DNA from: an uncultured Dehalococcoidia bacterium
Lineage (GTDB): Bacteria > Chloroflexota > Dehalococcoidia > UBA2247 > RBG-13-53-26
DNA: 64,000 nt
Reading direction: 5' to 3'
Assembly: GCA_964492335.1 (NCBI GenBank)
Contig: CAZBJX010000003.1
Coordinates: 26,919-90,918, forward strand
Shown here: positions 35,430 through 45,041 of the stretch, one piece after another
Position numbering within the stretch: position 1 is the stretch's first letter
Layout: each line of letters begins with the position of its first letter
Program-made: the position numbers and the translations under genes
The notes under the pieces: generated by a model
Database searches by the model: none
What the model saw: only the letters and a program-made list of their open reading frames with translations
What the model was told of the DNA's origin: nothing

Positions 35430-38031
35430 CTTGACCCTCCTTCATGAAGTGATGCCATTTTAGCACAGGGCCGCGGTCCTTCGACCGCATGCGACGGGCC
35501 CGGAGCGCCAGGAGCAGGGCGGCGGACGCCAGGAGCAGCAACAGGCTGGCCCCGCTGAGGATGCATCCGGCGGCCCGCAGGGGGGAAGGGGTGTACTCCA
35601 GGACCACGTCGTACTCCCCGGCGGGGAGGTCGAAGCCGTTGATGCACTCGAAGCACGCAGAGGCCGGCACGCAGGCTCCCCCGGCTGTCGCCGTCCAACC
35701 TGGGTGATAGGATTCGCTGAGGACCAGGCGGAACGGCGACGGCTGGTCCACGTGTACCGAGTACCTCCCGCTGCCGGTGTGGCGGTACTCCAGGCCGGTA
35801 TCGATGGCGGCTGACATCACGGCCACCCGGTCGAACCAGAGGGTGAAATCGCCGGGCATGTCCCCCCCGGCCCGCTCCCGGATGCCGAACCGGACCTCGG
35901 TGGTCCTGCCCGGGTCAATGGCGGGGCCTCCATCCGCCGGGTCCCGTCGAAGCAGGAGCCGGAGCGGGATCTCAACGTCGTTCCATCCGGCTGCGATGCC
36001 ATCGGCGATTCGCAGATCCATGCCGTAGCGGCTACCGTCGGCCTCCAGGGCATCGATGGTGATGCAGGCGCCTGCGATGGCCTGCTCGCTGTAGAAGCCC
36101 AGGCAGATGCAATCATCGCCGTCCATCGCCATGTGGCTGACATCAACGCCCAGGGATGCCCACTGCTCACCGGCCCCGGTGCACCGGAAGCGCGCCGCCA
36201 GGGAGGGGGCCGCAGAACGGGTCCGGGCCTCATCCAGGGACAACGTGACGGCCAGGCCCAGCCCCGCGCCGGCCAGCCTCACGCCGTCGGGCGGCAGTTC
36301 CCGCCTGTCGGAATAGCTGACCGCGAAGGCCCGGGGCATGCAGGCCGGCGACTCGTAGATGTCGAGGGACTCGCCCGACCAGGCCAGGGAGTAGCCCCGG
36401 CCCGGCCCGATGGGGCCGGCATCTGCTCCCGCCCGGTGGCGCACCACGTATCTGACGCCGAAGAGCCTGAGCCATTCGTCCAGGCTGGCCCCCTGGTCCC
36501 GGCTGCTGCTGAGGAAGTCCAGGATGTCGGCAGTGCAGGCCAGGGCGGTCGCGGGGACGCCTCCGTAGACGCAGGCCTTGTCGTGCAGCCAGGTCCAGCA
36601 GATGGGGTTGATCACCCAGCGCCCTTCGGCGGTGAGGGACCAGGTGGACAATGGGAGGTCGGTGATGCGGTAGTCCCCGTCCTCCTGCTCCTCGAGCCAT
36701 TGGCAGGCGCTCTGCTGCTCGGGTGTCAGGGTGAAGGTGCTCAGGGCCTCCCTCGTCTCCCGCCAGGTGTTGGCCAGCAGGAGCAGGACGGCGAGCACGA
36801 GGAAGCATGCTGCGGCGGCGCCGGCGCGGGGGGGGCGAAGGGAGAGCCCCCGCAGCCGCCGCACAGCGGCGCCGACGAAGAAGCCGATCAGGACGGCGTA
36901 GCTCAGGCTGCCGAAAAGGAGGAAGCGCCACGGAGTCCTCAGGCCGTCGAAGAAGGGGACCAGCCGGTAGGCCAGGCTGAAGAGCTTGACGGGCGAATCC
37001 GGGCCCATGGACAGGAGGACGGCCACGGCCAGGGAGCCGCAGAAGAACCAGACGTGCCACCGACGGCGGTCCAGCAGCATCGCCCCGAGGACCATGACGA
37101 AGGGGGCCGCGCGGAGCGTTTCGGTGAGGGCACTGCCGGAGGCCCCGAAGGCGCTGCCCGGGGCGCAGCAGAAGGCCGGCCGGAGGGTGATCGCCTGGCA
37201 GAAGGTGGCGCTGAAGCCCCTTGCATCCTCCAGGGGGAAGGCGGTGGCGGCGAAATACCGCAGGTCGTCAATCAGGGGCAGCCACCAGAAGGCGGTCAGC
37301 AGGAGCGAGAGCCCGACGGCCCCCGCGGTGGCGGCCGAAACGGTCTTGAGGTACCCGCCGCCTCTCCGCCTCTCCCGCAGCGCACCCACCATGGCGTAGA
37401 GCACGTAGAAGGGCCCCACCAGGATGGGAAAGACCTGGGGGTAGGTGAGGACCAGCGCGGCCAGCAGCAGTGCATTGAGCAGGATGTACCCCGGGCCGGG
37501 CTTCCGGAGCAGCCTCTCCAGGGCCAGGAAGAGCAGCGGGGCGAGCATATAGGGCAGCCCGAAGGCCCCGTGATGGCCTTCGAAGGCGACCTCGAGGACG
37601 TGGTAGGGCAGGAACACGTAGGCCAGGCCGGCGGCGAAGCCGGCGACGCGGCTTCTGGTCAGCTCATATACGTACAGGTAGGCGAAGGTGCCGGAGAGCA
37701 CCCAGAAGCACAGGTAGACCAGCTTGAGACCGGCTGTCCAGCCCATGGCGCAGCTGAGGGCCCTGATGAGGAAGCTGACCAGGGGCGCATGCACGTAGAA
37801 GAGCGGTGTCCCCAGGTACCAGTTGCCGGACCAGCCCGACAGCAGCCCCTGCAGCGAGACGGTATGGGCGGATGAGTATGCCATGAGGGCGTCCGCCAGG
37901 GTGTCGTGACCGTTCGGGACCCCCGGGTTGAACCAGCCCCGGGCTGCCAGCAGGGTGATGGCGGCGATGAGGACCAGGTCCCAGCGCTTGTGGGAGGCCA
38001 GGTGGTCCCAGGCCCGGCGGAGCGCGGTCAT
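35422..38031 (-). CDS. large polytopic membrane protein, YfhO-like putative GT-C glycosyltransferase (paralog 1)
   Basis: 869 aa; ~14 TM N-terminal region, extracytoplasmic C-terminal domain, terminal TM + RR. Weak similarity to the downstream YfhO paralog. Confidence 0.55.
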   Translation of the reverse strand: MTALRRAWDHLASHKRWDLVLIAAITLLAARGWFNPGVPNGHDTLADALMAYSSAHTVSLQGLLSGWSGNWYLGTPLFYVHAPLVSFLIRALSCAMGWTAGLKLVYLCFWVLSGTFAYLYVYELTRSRVAGFAAGLAYVFLPYHVLEVAFEGHHGAFGLPYMLAPLLFLALERLLRKPGPGYILLNALLLAALVLTYPQVFPILVGPFYVLYAMVGALRERRRGGGYLKTVSAATAGAVGLSLLLTAFWWLPLIDDLRYFAATAFPLEDARGFSATFCQAITLRPAFCCAPGSAFGASGSALTETLRAAPFVMVLGAMLLDRRRWHVWFFCGSLAVAVLLSMGPDSPVKLFSLAYRLVPFFDGLRTPWRFLLFGSLSYAVLIGFFVGAAVRRLRGLSLRPPRAGAAAACFLVLAVLLLLANTWRETREALSTFTLTPEQQSACQWLEEQEDGDYRITDLPLSTWSLTAEGRWVINPICWTWLHDKACVYGGVPATALACTADILDFLSSSRDQGASLDEWLRLFGVRYVVRHRAGADAGPIGPGRGYSLAWSGESLDIYESPACMPRAFAVSYSDRRELPPDGVRLAGAGLGLAVTLSLDEARTRSAAPSLAARFRCTGAGEQWASLGVDVSHMAMDGDDCICLGFYSEQAIAGACITIDALEADGSRYGMDLRIADGIAAGWNDVEIPLRLLLRRDPADGGPAIDPGRTTEVRFGIRERAGGDMPGDFTLWFDRVAVMSAAIDTGLEYRHTGSGRYSVHVDQPSPFRLVLSESYHPGWTATAGGACVPASACFECINGFDLPAGEYDVVLEYTPSPLRAAGCILSGASLLLLLASAALLLALRARRMRSKDRGPVLKWHHFMKEGQDD

Positions 38032-38273
38032 TCCCTGTGCCTGCGCCGGCGGATACTGTCTGCCAGCAACAGCGCGGCGCCCGCCAGGAGGAAGTAGAAG
38101 GCGCAGAAGGCCAGGCGGTCCGACAGGCCGCGCAGTGGCCAGGTCACGGCGCTGAGAAGGAGAAGCCCGAAGGCGGCCAGGATGGGGCCGCGAGGCTCCC
38201 AGCGGTGCCGCACCGCCAGGGCGCAGTACAGGGCTATCAGGGCCGGCGGGACCAGGTCAAAGACGTAATTCAT
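38028..38273 (-). CDS. small membrane protein (2 TM)
   Basis: 81 aa, two hydrophobic helices; 4-nt overlaps with both flanking YfhO-like genes suggest translational coupling. Confidence 0.45.
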   Translation of the reverse strand: MNYVFDLVPPALIALYCALAVRHRWEPRGPILAAFGLLLLSAVTWPLRGLSDRLAFCAFYFLLAGAALLLADSIRRRRHRE

Positions 38274-38280
38274 GGCAGGT

Positions 38281-40608
38281 CTACTTCCCGGCCCCGGCCA
38301 CCAGGCTTGTCACCGAGGGGTAATCGAATACGAACTCGATGTGGTGCTGGCCGCCGGTGACATACGCTCCGGCCAGGACCCCGTTGACCCGCAGCAGGCC
38401 GGACCGCTGGCCGTCGATGTACACCTTCCACCACGGGTTGTGGAAGTAGCAGAGGGAAACGATGCCGTTCCCGCCTGCGTCTACGTCGAAGGACAGCCCG
38501 CGGGCCGTTATCGTGTACCCGCTGATGCGGGTCTCCGGGAGGGCTGTCTGCTGCCCTCGCGTCTTCATGAGACGGGGAATATCGCTGTACCGGGACCACT
38601 GGAAGGAGGGGTCGGTGATGGAGGCCACGTCTCCCCAGACCGCGGCCACGCTGCTCTGGAAGTAGTCGGTGCTGAAGTGTCGCTTCAGTCCGCTCCAGGA
38701 GCGGAAGAGATACAGGGAGATGAAGGGGTCCTCGCTGGGTATGAAGATGGTCGAGTCCATCGAGTAGAACCGGACCTCCTCCGGTGACTTCTTCACTTCG
38801 TAGAGGTAGATCCTGTAGTAGTCGTTGTCCAGGACCCCCCGGAAGATGAGGGGGTCGGCCGGACCGTTGGAGAGCGCGGACAGCTGCTCTATCTTGTCCC
38901 GGTGGTAGTCCGTCATGGTCTCCGGGGCCGGGGGGAGCTTCCCCCATATGACTGCGTAGTAGTCGATGGCCAGCAGGTTCGAGTAGTAGGCCAGATGGTC
39001 CTCGTCCCTGACCAGGCGCTCCTCCATGGCGTGGGAGAAGGTGGTGACCTCCGTGGTCTGGTTCCAGGGAAGAGAAGTGGAAGCCATCTCTACCAGGCGC
39101 ACCTCCCCATTCATATCGAAGACGCCGGTGCAGTACTCCGCCTGGACGCCGAGGCTGGGGTAGAACTGTATGCGGACATTGCCCTCGGTCCCGGCTATGG
39201 AGTCCAGGACGTAGTGCTGCCACTGGTCGAACTGGTCCCTCTCGACGATCCGTTGGTGGTAGAAACCGAAGTAGGGCGAGAAGTCCAACACCATGACCAG
39301 CACCAGCACGGCCGGGATCAGGCGGCCCGGCCGCAGCCGGCCGGCAGAGAAGCGCCGGGGGCCGCGCCACCGCAGGGACCTGGCAGACTGGCAGGCCAGG
39401 GCGAAGACCACCGGCAGGCAGAGAGCGAAGCAGTAGTAGAACCGGAGTGTGACCCGCATTCCTTTGAGGACCGGCACGGCCTGCCTCAGGATGGGGAAGA
39501 GCGGGCCGTAGATGCCCATTGACAGGAGCAGGAAAGCCAGTGAAGCCGCCACGAAGAAGAGGAGCCTGGCGGCATGGCGACGGTTCTTCTCCAGACTTAC
39601 CAGGAGGACCGCCCCCAGCAGGATAGCGAAGGCGATGGGCCCCGAGTAGTGCTCGGCGTGCGGCATGGTCCAGGTGTCCATGGCCGAATACGCCCTGGAT
39701 CCGAAGGTCTGCATGAAGTTGTGGAAGGTGAAGTAGCGCAGGCCCGCCCCTATCTCCTCGGCAGTCAGGCCGCTGAAGTAGTCGTATTCCCGGATCACCG
39801 TGACATAGAAGGAGAACGGGACCAGCAGGAGCAGGGCGGTGAGCAGGACCCACAGCTTGTTGGCCCGGGCGATGGAGAGGAGCTGCCGGGGACCTGTTCT
39901 CCTGGCCCACAGGGAGAGCAGGGCGTAGGGGATGTAGAACAACAGGAAGATGACCGCATACTCGATCTGGCTGAGCAGGACGAAGGTGATGCAGACGGCC
40001 AGCAGGAACAGGGCGAGCCCCGATCTCCTTTTGAGGAAGAGGTCCGTCAGCAGAAGGATCAACGGCATGATGGCATAGGCGCCCAGTATCTCGAAGAGCC
40101 CCCAGAACATCATGGACTGGGTATGGACCGGCAGCACGATGTAGATCACCGCGCCCAGGAAGGCCGTCAGCGCATCTGCCGTGAGGTGTTTCAGGTAGAA
40201 GTACATGGACAGCCCGGCCAGGGCGAACAGGCCTATCAGCGCGATGTTGTAGGCGACAGCGGTGGAACTGGTGACCAGGTAGAGGGGAAGCATCGCGTAG
40301 AACACCCCCGGCGGCACCATGCCGAAGAAGGGCATGCCCCCCATCCACAGCGGGCTCCACGTGGGCAGCTGATGGAAGGTGACCACGGACTCCTTGAACC
40401 AGTCGAGCCAGGCCGCGCTCATGGTGATGTCTCCGAACGTGGTCTGGCCGAGGTTCAGAAGGGGCCTGGTGAGGTACAGGGAGATGGCTGTCAGCAGGAG
40501 GACGGCCAGGATATCGCTTCTGTATCGGCGCAGGGTCCGGACCACGCGGGAACACAGCCGCTCCGGTGCCCGCGCTGTCTGACCTGCTTCATGGTGCTCT
40601 CGGCTCAT
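38281..40608 (-). CDS. YfhO family membrane protein (putative polyprenyl-phosphate-sugar-dependent glycosyltransferase, paralog 2)
   Basis: 775 aa; multi-TM N-domain, C-terminal beta-rich domain ending YFHNPWWKVYIDGQRSGLLRVNGVLAGAYVTGGQHHIEFVFDYPS, characteristic of YfhO C-termini. Confidence 0.65.
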   Translation of the reverse strand: MSREHHEAGQTARAPERLCSRVVRTLRRYRSDILAVLLLTAISLYLTRPLLNLGQTTFGDITMSAAWLDWFKESVVTFHQLPTWSPLWMGGMPFFGMVPPGVFYAMLPLYLVTSSTAVAYNIALIGLFALAGLSMYFYLKHLTADALTAFLGAVIYIVLPVHTQSMMFWGLFEILGAYAIMPLILLLTDLFLKRRSGLALFLLAVCITFVLLSQIEYAVIFLLFYIPYALLSLWARRTGPRQLLSIARANKLWVLLTALLLLVPFSFYVTVIREYDYFSGLTAEEIGAGLRYFTFHNFMQTFGSRAYSAMDTWTMPHAEHYSGPIAFAILLGAVLLVSLEKNRRHAARLLFFVAASLAFLLLSMGIYGPLFPILRQAVPVLKGMRVTLRFYYCFALCLPVVFALACQSARSLRWRGPRRFSAGRLRPGRLIPAVLVLVMVLDFSPYFGFYHQRIVERDQFDQWQHYVLDSIAGTEGNVRIQFYPSLGVQAEYCTGVFDMNGEVRLVEMASTSLPWNQTTEVTTFSHAMEERLVRDEDHLAYYSNLLAIDYYAVIWGKLPPAPETMTDYHRDKIEQLSALSNGPADPLIFRGVLDNDYYRIYLYEVKKSPEEVRFYSMDSTIFIPSEDPFISLYLFRSWSGLKRHFSTDYFQSSVAAVWGDVASITDPSFQWSRYSDIPRLMKTRGQQTALPETRISGYTITARGLSFDVDAGGNGIVSLCYFHNPWWKVYIDGQRSGLLRVNGVLAGAYVTGGQHHIEFVFDYPSVTSLVAGAGK

Positions 40609-40635
40609 CTTCGCTTTGCGGCCGCCGTGGCCGGA

Positions 40636-41421
40636 CTATTCAGCGCCCGGCCGGGGCCTCTGCTTGACGACTCTGGCCGGGGACCCCACGGCAATGGTGA
40701 AGGGGGGGATGTCCCCGGTGACCACGGACCCGGCCCCTACCACCGCCGCCTTGCCCACGGTCACGCCGGGCAGGACCACCGTGTTCAGGCTGATGAAGGA
40801 GTACTCCCCGATGGACACCGGTTCCTCCACCACGTACTGCATGCGCAGCGGCGATGCGGCGGACATGCTCAGCAGCGGCGCATCGGGGTTGGCCGGGTCG
40901 GTGTGGTAGTTGCTGCCGCTGTAGATCCTGCTCCCGGCGGCCACCGCGCAGTAGTCGCCCAGGCTCACGCCGCCCCGCCCGGAGAGGACGCAGCAACTGG
41001 CCACGTGGACGTATTTCCCGATGCGGACCGATCCGTGCCCCTCCGCGCCGCCGAGTATGGTGACGTAGGTGTCTATGTGGGAGCCGTCGCCGATCTCCAC
41101 GTTCTCGGGCTGCCAGATGTTGACCCCCAGGTCCAGGAACACGTTGCGGCCCATGCTCTTGAGCCTGCCCTTGTGGTAGGCCCCCCGCAGGAAGAAGCCT
41201 ATGGCCCCGCGCGTGTAGCTCCTGGCGAACGTCTCGAAGAGCGAAGACAGCACGGGTATTCTGGAGATGGCCAGGATGATGGCCTGGCAGACCGCCATGC
41301 CGGCCTTGACCAGCCAGAAGATGAGCCTCTCATGAGGGCGCAGGTCCGGTGGCGTGTCATCCGAGTACGCCCCCTTGATGCCCCTGGCTATGTAGTCGTC
41401 GTCGTAGAGAAGGAAGCTCAT
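40636..41421 (-). CDS. hexapeptide-repeat (left-handed beta-helix) acetyltransferase, sugar N/O-acetyltransferase-like
   Basis: 261 aa; repeated [LIV]G..xx[LIV] hexads (VEIGDGSHIDTYVTILGG...IGKYVHVASCCVLSG...LGDYCAVAAGSRIY). Confidence 0.75.
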   Translation of the reverse strand: MSFLLYDDDYIARGIKGAYSDDTPPDLRPHERLIFWLVKAGMAVCQAIILAISRIPVLSSLFETFARSYTRGAIGFFLRGAYHKGRLKSMGRNVFLDLGVNIWQPENVEIGDGSHIDTYVTILGGAEGHGSVRIGKYVHVASCCVLSGRGGVSLGDYCAVAAGSRIYSGSNYHTDPANPDAPLLSMSAASPLRMQYVVEEPVSIGEYSFISLNTVVLPGVTVGKAAVVGAGSVVTGDIPPFTIAVGSPARVVKQRPRPGAE

Positions 41422-41448
41422 GGCGGGGACGGTCCCTGGTACCCGGAT

Positions 41449-42174
41449 CTACTGGAGTCCCAGTCTGAGTATGATGGCTCTCCTGGCATAGGTCAATCCT
41501 GCGTTGAGGTACCTGGTCTTGGTCATCCCGTCATGCCGCGGGTAGTAGGCGAAGGGGACCTCCTGGAGCCGCAGCCCGCGCTTGAAGCCCTTGTACAGCA
41601 GGGCGAAGGAGTAGTCGCCGTAGCCGGTGAAGACGGTCTCCGACTCCAGCCCCTGCAGGGAACGGCGCCTGGCGGCGAAGAAGCCCCCCGTGAGGTCCTT
41701 CACTGGTATTCCCAGGACGGTCCTGACGAAGAGGTTCAGGGCCCGGCTGCCCAGGCTGAGGTGCGGGGAGGAGACCATCTTGCCCCCGTTGACGTATCGG
41801 GAGGCGATGGCGATGTCGGCGGCGCCGCTCTCCACCACGGAGGCCAGTTGCGGGATGACGTCGCAGTCGTGGCTGAAGTCGGCGTCCATCACCACTATGG
41901 TGTCCCCGTCCGACTCCAGGATGCCCCGCCGCACGGCGCTGCCCAGACCCCTGGCATCGGTGCGGACCACCGTCTTCAGGGAGGGGTACTTGCCGGTGAG
42001 GGACAGGCACATGTCCCCCGTGCCGTCGGGGCTGTTGTCGTCGATCACCACCACCTGGGTGGCATTCCTCAGCCGGCGCTCCGAATACATCCTCTGGTAG
42101 ATCCGGTCTATGAGAAGGGCGATGTTGCCCGCCTCGTTGTAGGTGGGGATGACGATGGACAGTCTGCTGCTCAC
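41449..42174 (-). CDS. glycosyltransferase family 2, polyprenyl-phosphate glycosyltransferase (DPM1/CsbB/GtrB-like)
   Basis: LSIVIPTYNEAGNI...VVVIDDNSPDGTG...VVMDADFSHD, the DPM1-type layout. Expected partner of GtrA and YfhO/GT-C enzymes. Confidence 0.8.
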   Translation of the reverse strand: MSSRLSIVIPTYNEAGNIALLIDRIYQRMYSERRLRNATQVVVIDDNSPDGTGDMCLSLTGKYPSLKTVVRTDARGLGSAVRRGILESDGDTIVVMDADFSHDCDVIPQLASVVESGAADIAIASRYVNGGKMVSSPHLSLGSRALNLFVRTVLGIPVKDLTGGFFAARRRSLQGLESETVFTGYGDYSFALLYKGFKRGLRLQEVPFAYYPRHDGMTKTRYLNAGLTYARRAIILRLGLQ

Positions 42175-43313
42175 TCTCGACGTCCTCCTGTGTTCTTAGT
42201 TCCCCGCATGGAGGCTACTGCGCCCGCTATCCTGTCCACTTCCTCCCGGCTGACCATGGGGCCGCTGGGGAGGTTCAGCCCCCGCCGGCTGAGGTCCTCG
42301 GCCACCGGGAAGCGCGTGTTGCCGTCGCCCTCGTAGGGCGGCATGAGGTGCAGCGGGTAGAACAGCGGCCGGGTCTCTATACCCCGGTCCTTGAGGGCGC
42401 TGATCACCCGGTCCCTGGTCATGCCGAAGGCGTCCTCCAGAAGGATGGAGTACATCCAGTAGACGCTCCCGGCCCAGGGCATCCGGGGCGGCCGGGTGAT
42501 GAGCCCCTGGTCCGCCAGGGGGGCCAGCGCTTCATCGTACCATTTCGCCAGCTGGCGCCGCCGGGCCACCAGCATGTCCAGCCGGTCCACCTGGGCCGCT
42601 CCCACCGCCGCCTGCAGGTTGGTCATCCGGTAGTTGAAGCCCACAACGTCGTACCAGTATCTCCTGCCGGGATCCATGCCATGGTCCCTCAGGACCCGCA
42701 TCCTGCGGTCCAGATCGTCGTCATCGGTCAGGCACATGCCGCCTTCCCCGGTGCTGATGATCTTGTTGCCGAAGAAGGAGAAGCAGTTGACCTGCCCGAA
42801 GGAGCCGACCTTCCGGCCGCGATAGAGCGCCCCGTGGGCCTCGGCCGCATCCTCTATGACATGCAGGCCGTGCCGGCGGGCGATGTCCCCGATGGCGTCC
42901 ATGTCGCAGGGGTGGCCATAGAGGTGCACCGGCATGACGGCCCTGGTCCGGGGGGTGATGCTCTCCTCCAGCCTGGCGGGGTCCATGCACCAGTATTGCG
43001 GGTCGGAGTCCACCAGGACGGGCCGGGCATTGCAGTAGGCCACGGTGTTGGCCGTGGCGATGAAGGTCAGCGCCGGGACCAGCACCTCGTGGCCCTCCCC
43101 GATGCCCAGGGCCTTCAGGGCCAGGTGCAGGGCCACCGTGCCGTTGGCCGTGGCCACCCCGTGGCGCGTGCCGCAGTACCGGGCGAACTTCTGCTCGAAC
43201 TCCAGGATGAACCTGCCCTGGGAGCTGATCCAGCCGCTCCTGATGGCCTCGACGGCGTTGGCCAGCTCCTCTTCGCCCAGGAAGGGCTCCGCCACAGGGA
43301 TGACGTCTCTCAC
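42171..43313 (-). CDS. DegT/DnrJ/EryC1/StrS family PLP-dependent sugar aminotransferase (perosamine-synthetase-like)
   Basis: 380 aa; GTVALHLAL, SFFGNKIISTGEGG (PLP-Lys region), DHGMD. Confidence 0.82.
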   Translation of the reverse strand: MRDVIPVAEPFLGEEELANAVEAIRSGWISSQGRFILEFEQKFARYCGTRHGVATANGTVALHLALKALGIGEGHEVLVPALTFIATANTVAYCNARPVLVDSDPQYWCMDPARLEESITPRTRAVMPVHLYGHPCDMDAIGDIARRHGLHVIEDAAEAHGALYRGRKVGSFGQVNCFSFFGNKIISTGEGGMCLTDDDDLDRRMRVLRDHGMDPGRRYWYDVVGFNYRMTNLQAAVGAAQVDRLDMLVARRRQLAKWYDEALAPLADQGLITRPPRMPWAGSVYWMYSILLEDAFGMTRDRVISALKDRGIETRPLFYPLHLMPPYEGDGNTRFPVAEDLSRRGLNLPSGPMVSREEVDRIAGAVASMRGTKNTGGRRE

Positions 43314-43317
43314 GCTG

Positions 43318-44364
43318 CTACACTCTCAGGGACCGGGTCATTATGCGGGCCTCGCTGGGATAGCTGGGGGCATCCCAGGGGAAGGCTTCGCCCCGCAGGC
43401 AGCGCTGCCAGCGGGACAGGTCCGCCTCCACCATGATCTCGACCAGCCTGTCGAACTTGACCGTGGGCTGCCACCCCAGCGTCCGGCGGGCCTTGGAGCA
43501 GTCGCCCTCCAGGTGGTCTACGTCCAGGGGCCTCAGGAACCGCTCGTCCACCTCCACGTATTGCTGCCAGTCCAGCCCCACCACGTCGAAGGCCTTGCGG
43601 GCAAACTCCTGGACCGAGTGGGTCTCGCCGGTGCTGATGACGTAGTCATCGGGCCTGTCCTGCTGCAGCATAAGCCACATGGACTCCACGTACTCGGGCG
43701 CATAGCCCCAGTCTCGCTTGGCCTCCAGGTTGCCCAGGGAGAGCTTGTCCCTCAGGCCCAGCTTGATCTTGGCAGCCGCATTGGATATCTTGCGGGTGAC
43801 GAACTCGATGCCGCGCAGCGGCGACTCGTGGTTGAAGAGGATGCCGTTGCAGGCGAACATCCCGTAGCCCTCCCGGTATATGGTGGTCAGCCAGTATCCG
43901 TAGAGCTTGGCCGCCGCGTAAGGGCTGGAGGGCCGGAACGGCGTGAGCTCACTCTGCGGGGCCGAGTTGGACTTGCCGTAGAGCTCGCTGGTGGACGCCT
44001 GGTAGAAGCGGATGCTGCGGTCGGCCTCCTTGATGGACTCCAGCACCCTGGTGACGCCGAGCCCGGTCACCTCGCCGGCCCCGACCGGCTGGTCGAAGGA
44101 AGCGCCCACGAAGCTCTGGGCGGCCAGGTGATAGACCTCCTGCGGCTGCGAGATGTTGAGGGCCCCTATAATGGAGGAGGAATCCACCAGGTCGGCGGGG
44201 ATGAGGGTGACCTGGTCGAATACGTCCAGGTACTGCAGCCTCCAGAAGTTGGGCGTCGAAAGCCGGCGGTAGGTGCCGAACACCCTGTATCCCTTCTGCA
44301 GGAGCAGATGGGCCAGGTACGCGCCGTCCTGGCCGGTAATCCCGGTAATCAAAGCATTCTTCAC
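43318..44364 (-). CDS. gmd: GDP-mannose 4,6-dehydratase
   Basis: [26 protein letters not shown]; SDR catalytic YAAAK; ASTSELYG. Confidence 0.88.
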   Translation of the reverse strand: MKNALITGITGQDGAYLAHLLLQKGYRVFGTYRRLSTPNFWRLQYLDVFDQVTLIPADLVDSSSIIGALNISQPQEVYHLAAQSFVGASFDQPVGAGEVTGLGVTRVLESIKEADRSIRFYQASTSELYGKSNSAPQSELTPFRPSSPYAAAKLYGYWLTTIYREGYGMFACNGILFNHESPLRGIEFVTRKISNAAAKIKLGLRDKLSLGNLEAKRDWGYAPEYVESMWLMLQQDRPDDYVISTGETHSVQEFARKAFDVVGLDWQQYVEVDERFLRPLDVDHLEGDCSKARRTLGWQPTVKFDRLVEIMVEADLSRWQRCLRGEAFPWDAPSYPSEARIMTRSLRV

Positions 44365-44847
44365 TCAACGCTCCTTGGGTGCATCGTTGCGGGCGATCGC
44401 CGGGGAGTGCCTCCATACCCAGAAATTGCTGACCAGGAAATTCAGCGGCGTGGCCACGGCGATGGCGCACACTGCCGAGAGGAGGTAGTACAGGCCGAAC
44501 ACCTCCGTCAGCAGCGTCAGCACCGCCAGGTTCACCGCCAGCGCCAGGGAAGAGGAGAGCAGGTACTTGGACCACTCCCAGGCCAGGGTCGCCGGGGTGT
44601 TCTGCTTGGGCCGGTCGCCGAAGGTCCACACCCGGTTCAGGGCGAAGTTGCTGGTGGCCGATGTGACCTGCGCTATCAGGGCCGAGGCAACGTAGTAGAC
44701 GCCGATCACGTCGGTGAAGAGCTTGAGCGTCCCCAGGCCGACGAAGACACCACTCCCGCCGACCAGGCAGAACTTCACCAGCCGCATCAGGTCGCGGCTC
44801 CGGAGATCCCTGGCCTGCGGGTAGCGCAACTCAGCCACAGTCTTCAT
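44365..44847 (-). CDS. gtrA: GtrA-family membrane protein (polyprenyl-P-sugar flippase accessory)
   Basis: 160 aa, 4 TM; FCLVGGSGVFVGLGTL...NFALNRVWTF motif of the GtrA family. Confidence 0.75.
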   Translation of the reverse strand: MKTVAELRYPQARDLRSRDLMRLVKFCLVGGSGVFVGLGTLKLFTDVIGVYYVASALIAQVTSATSNFALNRVWTFGDRPKQNTPATLAWEWSKYLLSSSLALAVNLAVLTLLTEVFGLYYLLSAVCAIAVATPLNFLVSNFWVWRHSPAIARNDAPKER

Positions 44848-44894
44848 GCCAAAACCGGCAAGTCGCCATCAGCGGGAGGCAACTCGCCCGTTAC

Positions 44895-44922
44895 TATATA
44901 GAGACGCTGCATCCGCCACAAT
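44895..44922 (-). promoter_or_regulatory. putative sigma70-type promoter of the gtrA-gmd-aminotransferase-GT2 operon
   Basis: Minus strand: TTGTGG-17 nt-TATAGT (44895-44900); an AT-rich island in GC-rich DNA, ~45 nt upstream of the gtrA start. Confidence 0.4.
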
Positions 44923-44942
44923 GTTCCCGGGATGCCCGGTCA

Positions 44943-45030
44943 CCGGTGCCCGCGAGCGCGGGCCCGGGCCATTGAGGCGGACGCCGTCGATGTCCAGCGA
45001 CCGCCGGTGCCCCGCGAGCGCGGGCCCGGG
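44943..45030. promoter_or_regulatory. two copies of a 26-27-bp palindrome-containing repeat upstream of the gtrA promoter
   Basis: CCGGTGCCCGCGAGCGCGGGCCCGGG at 44943-44968 and 45004-45030; internal dyad GCCCGCG-AG-CGCGGGC. Confidence 0.45.
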
Positions 45031-45041
45031 GGCGGGGGAGG

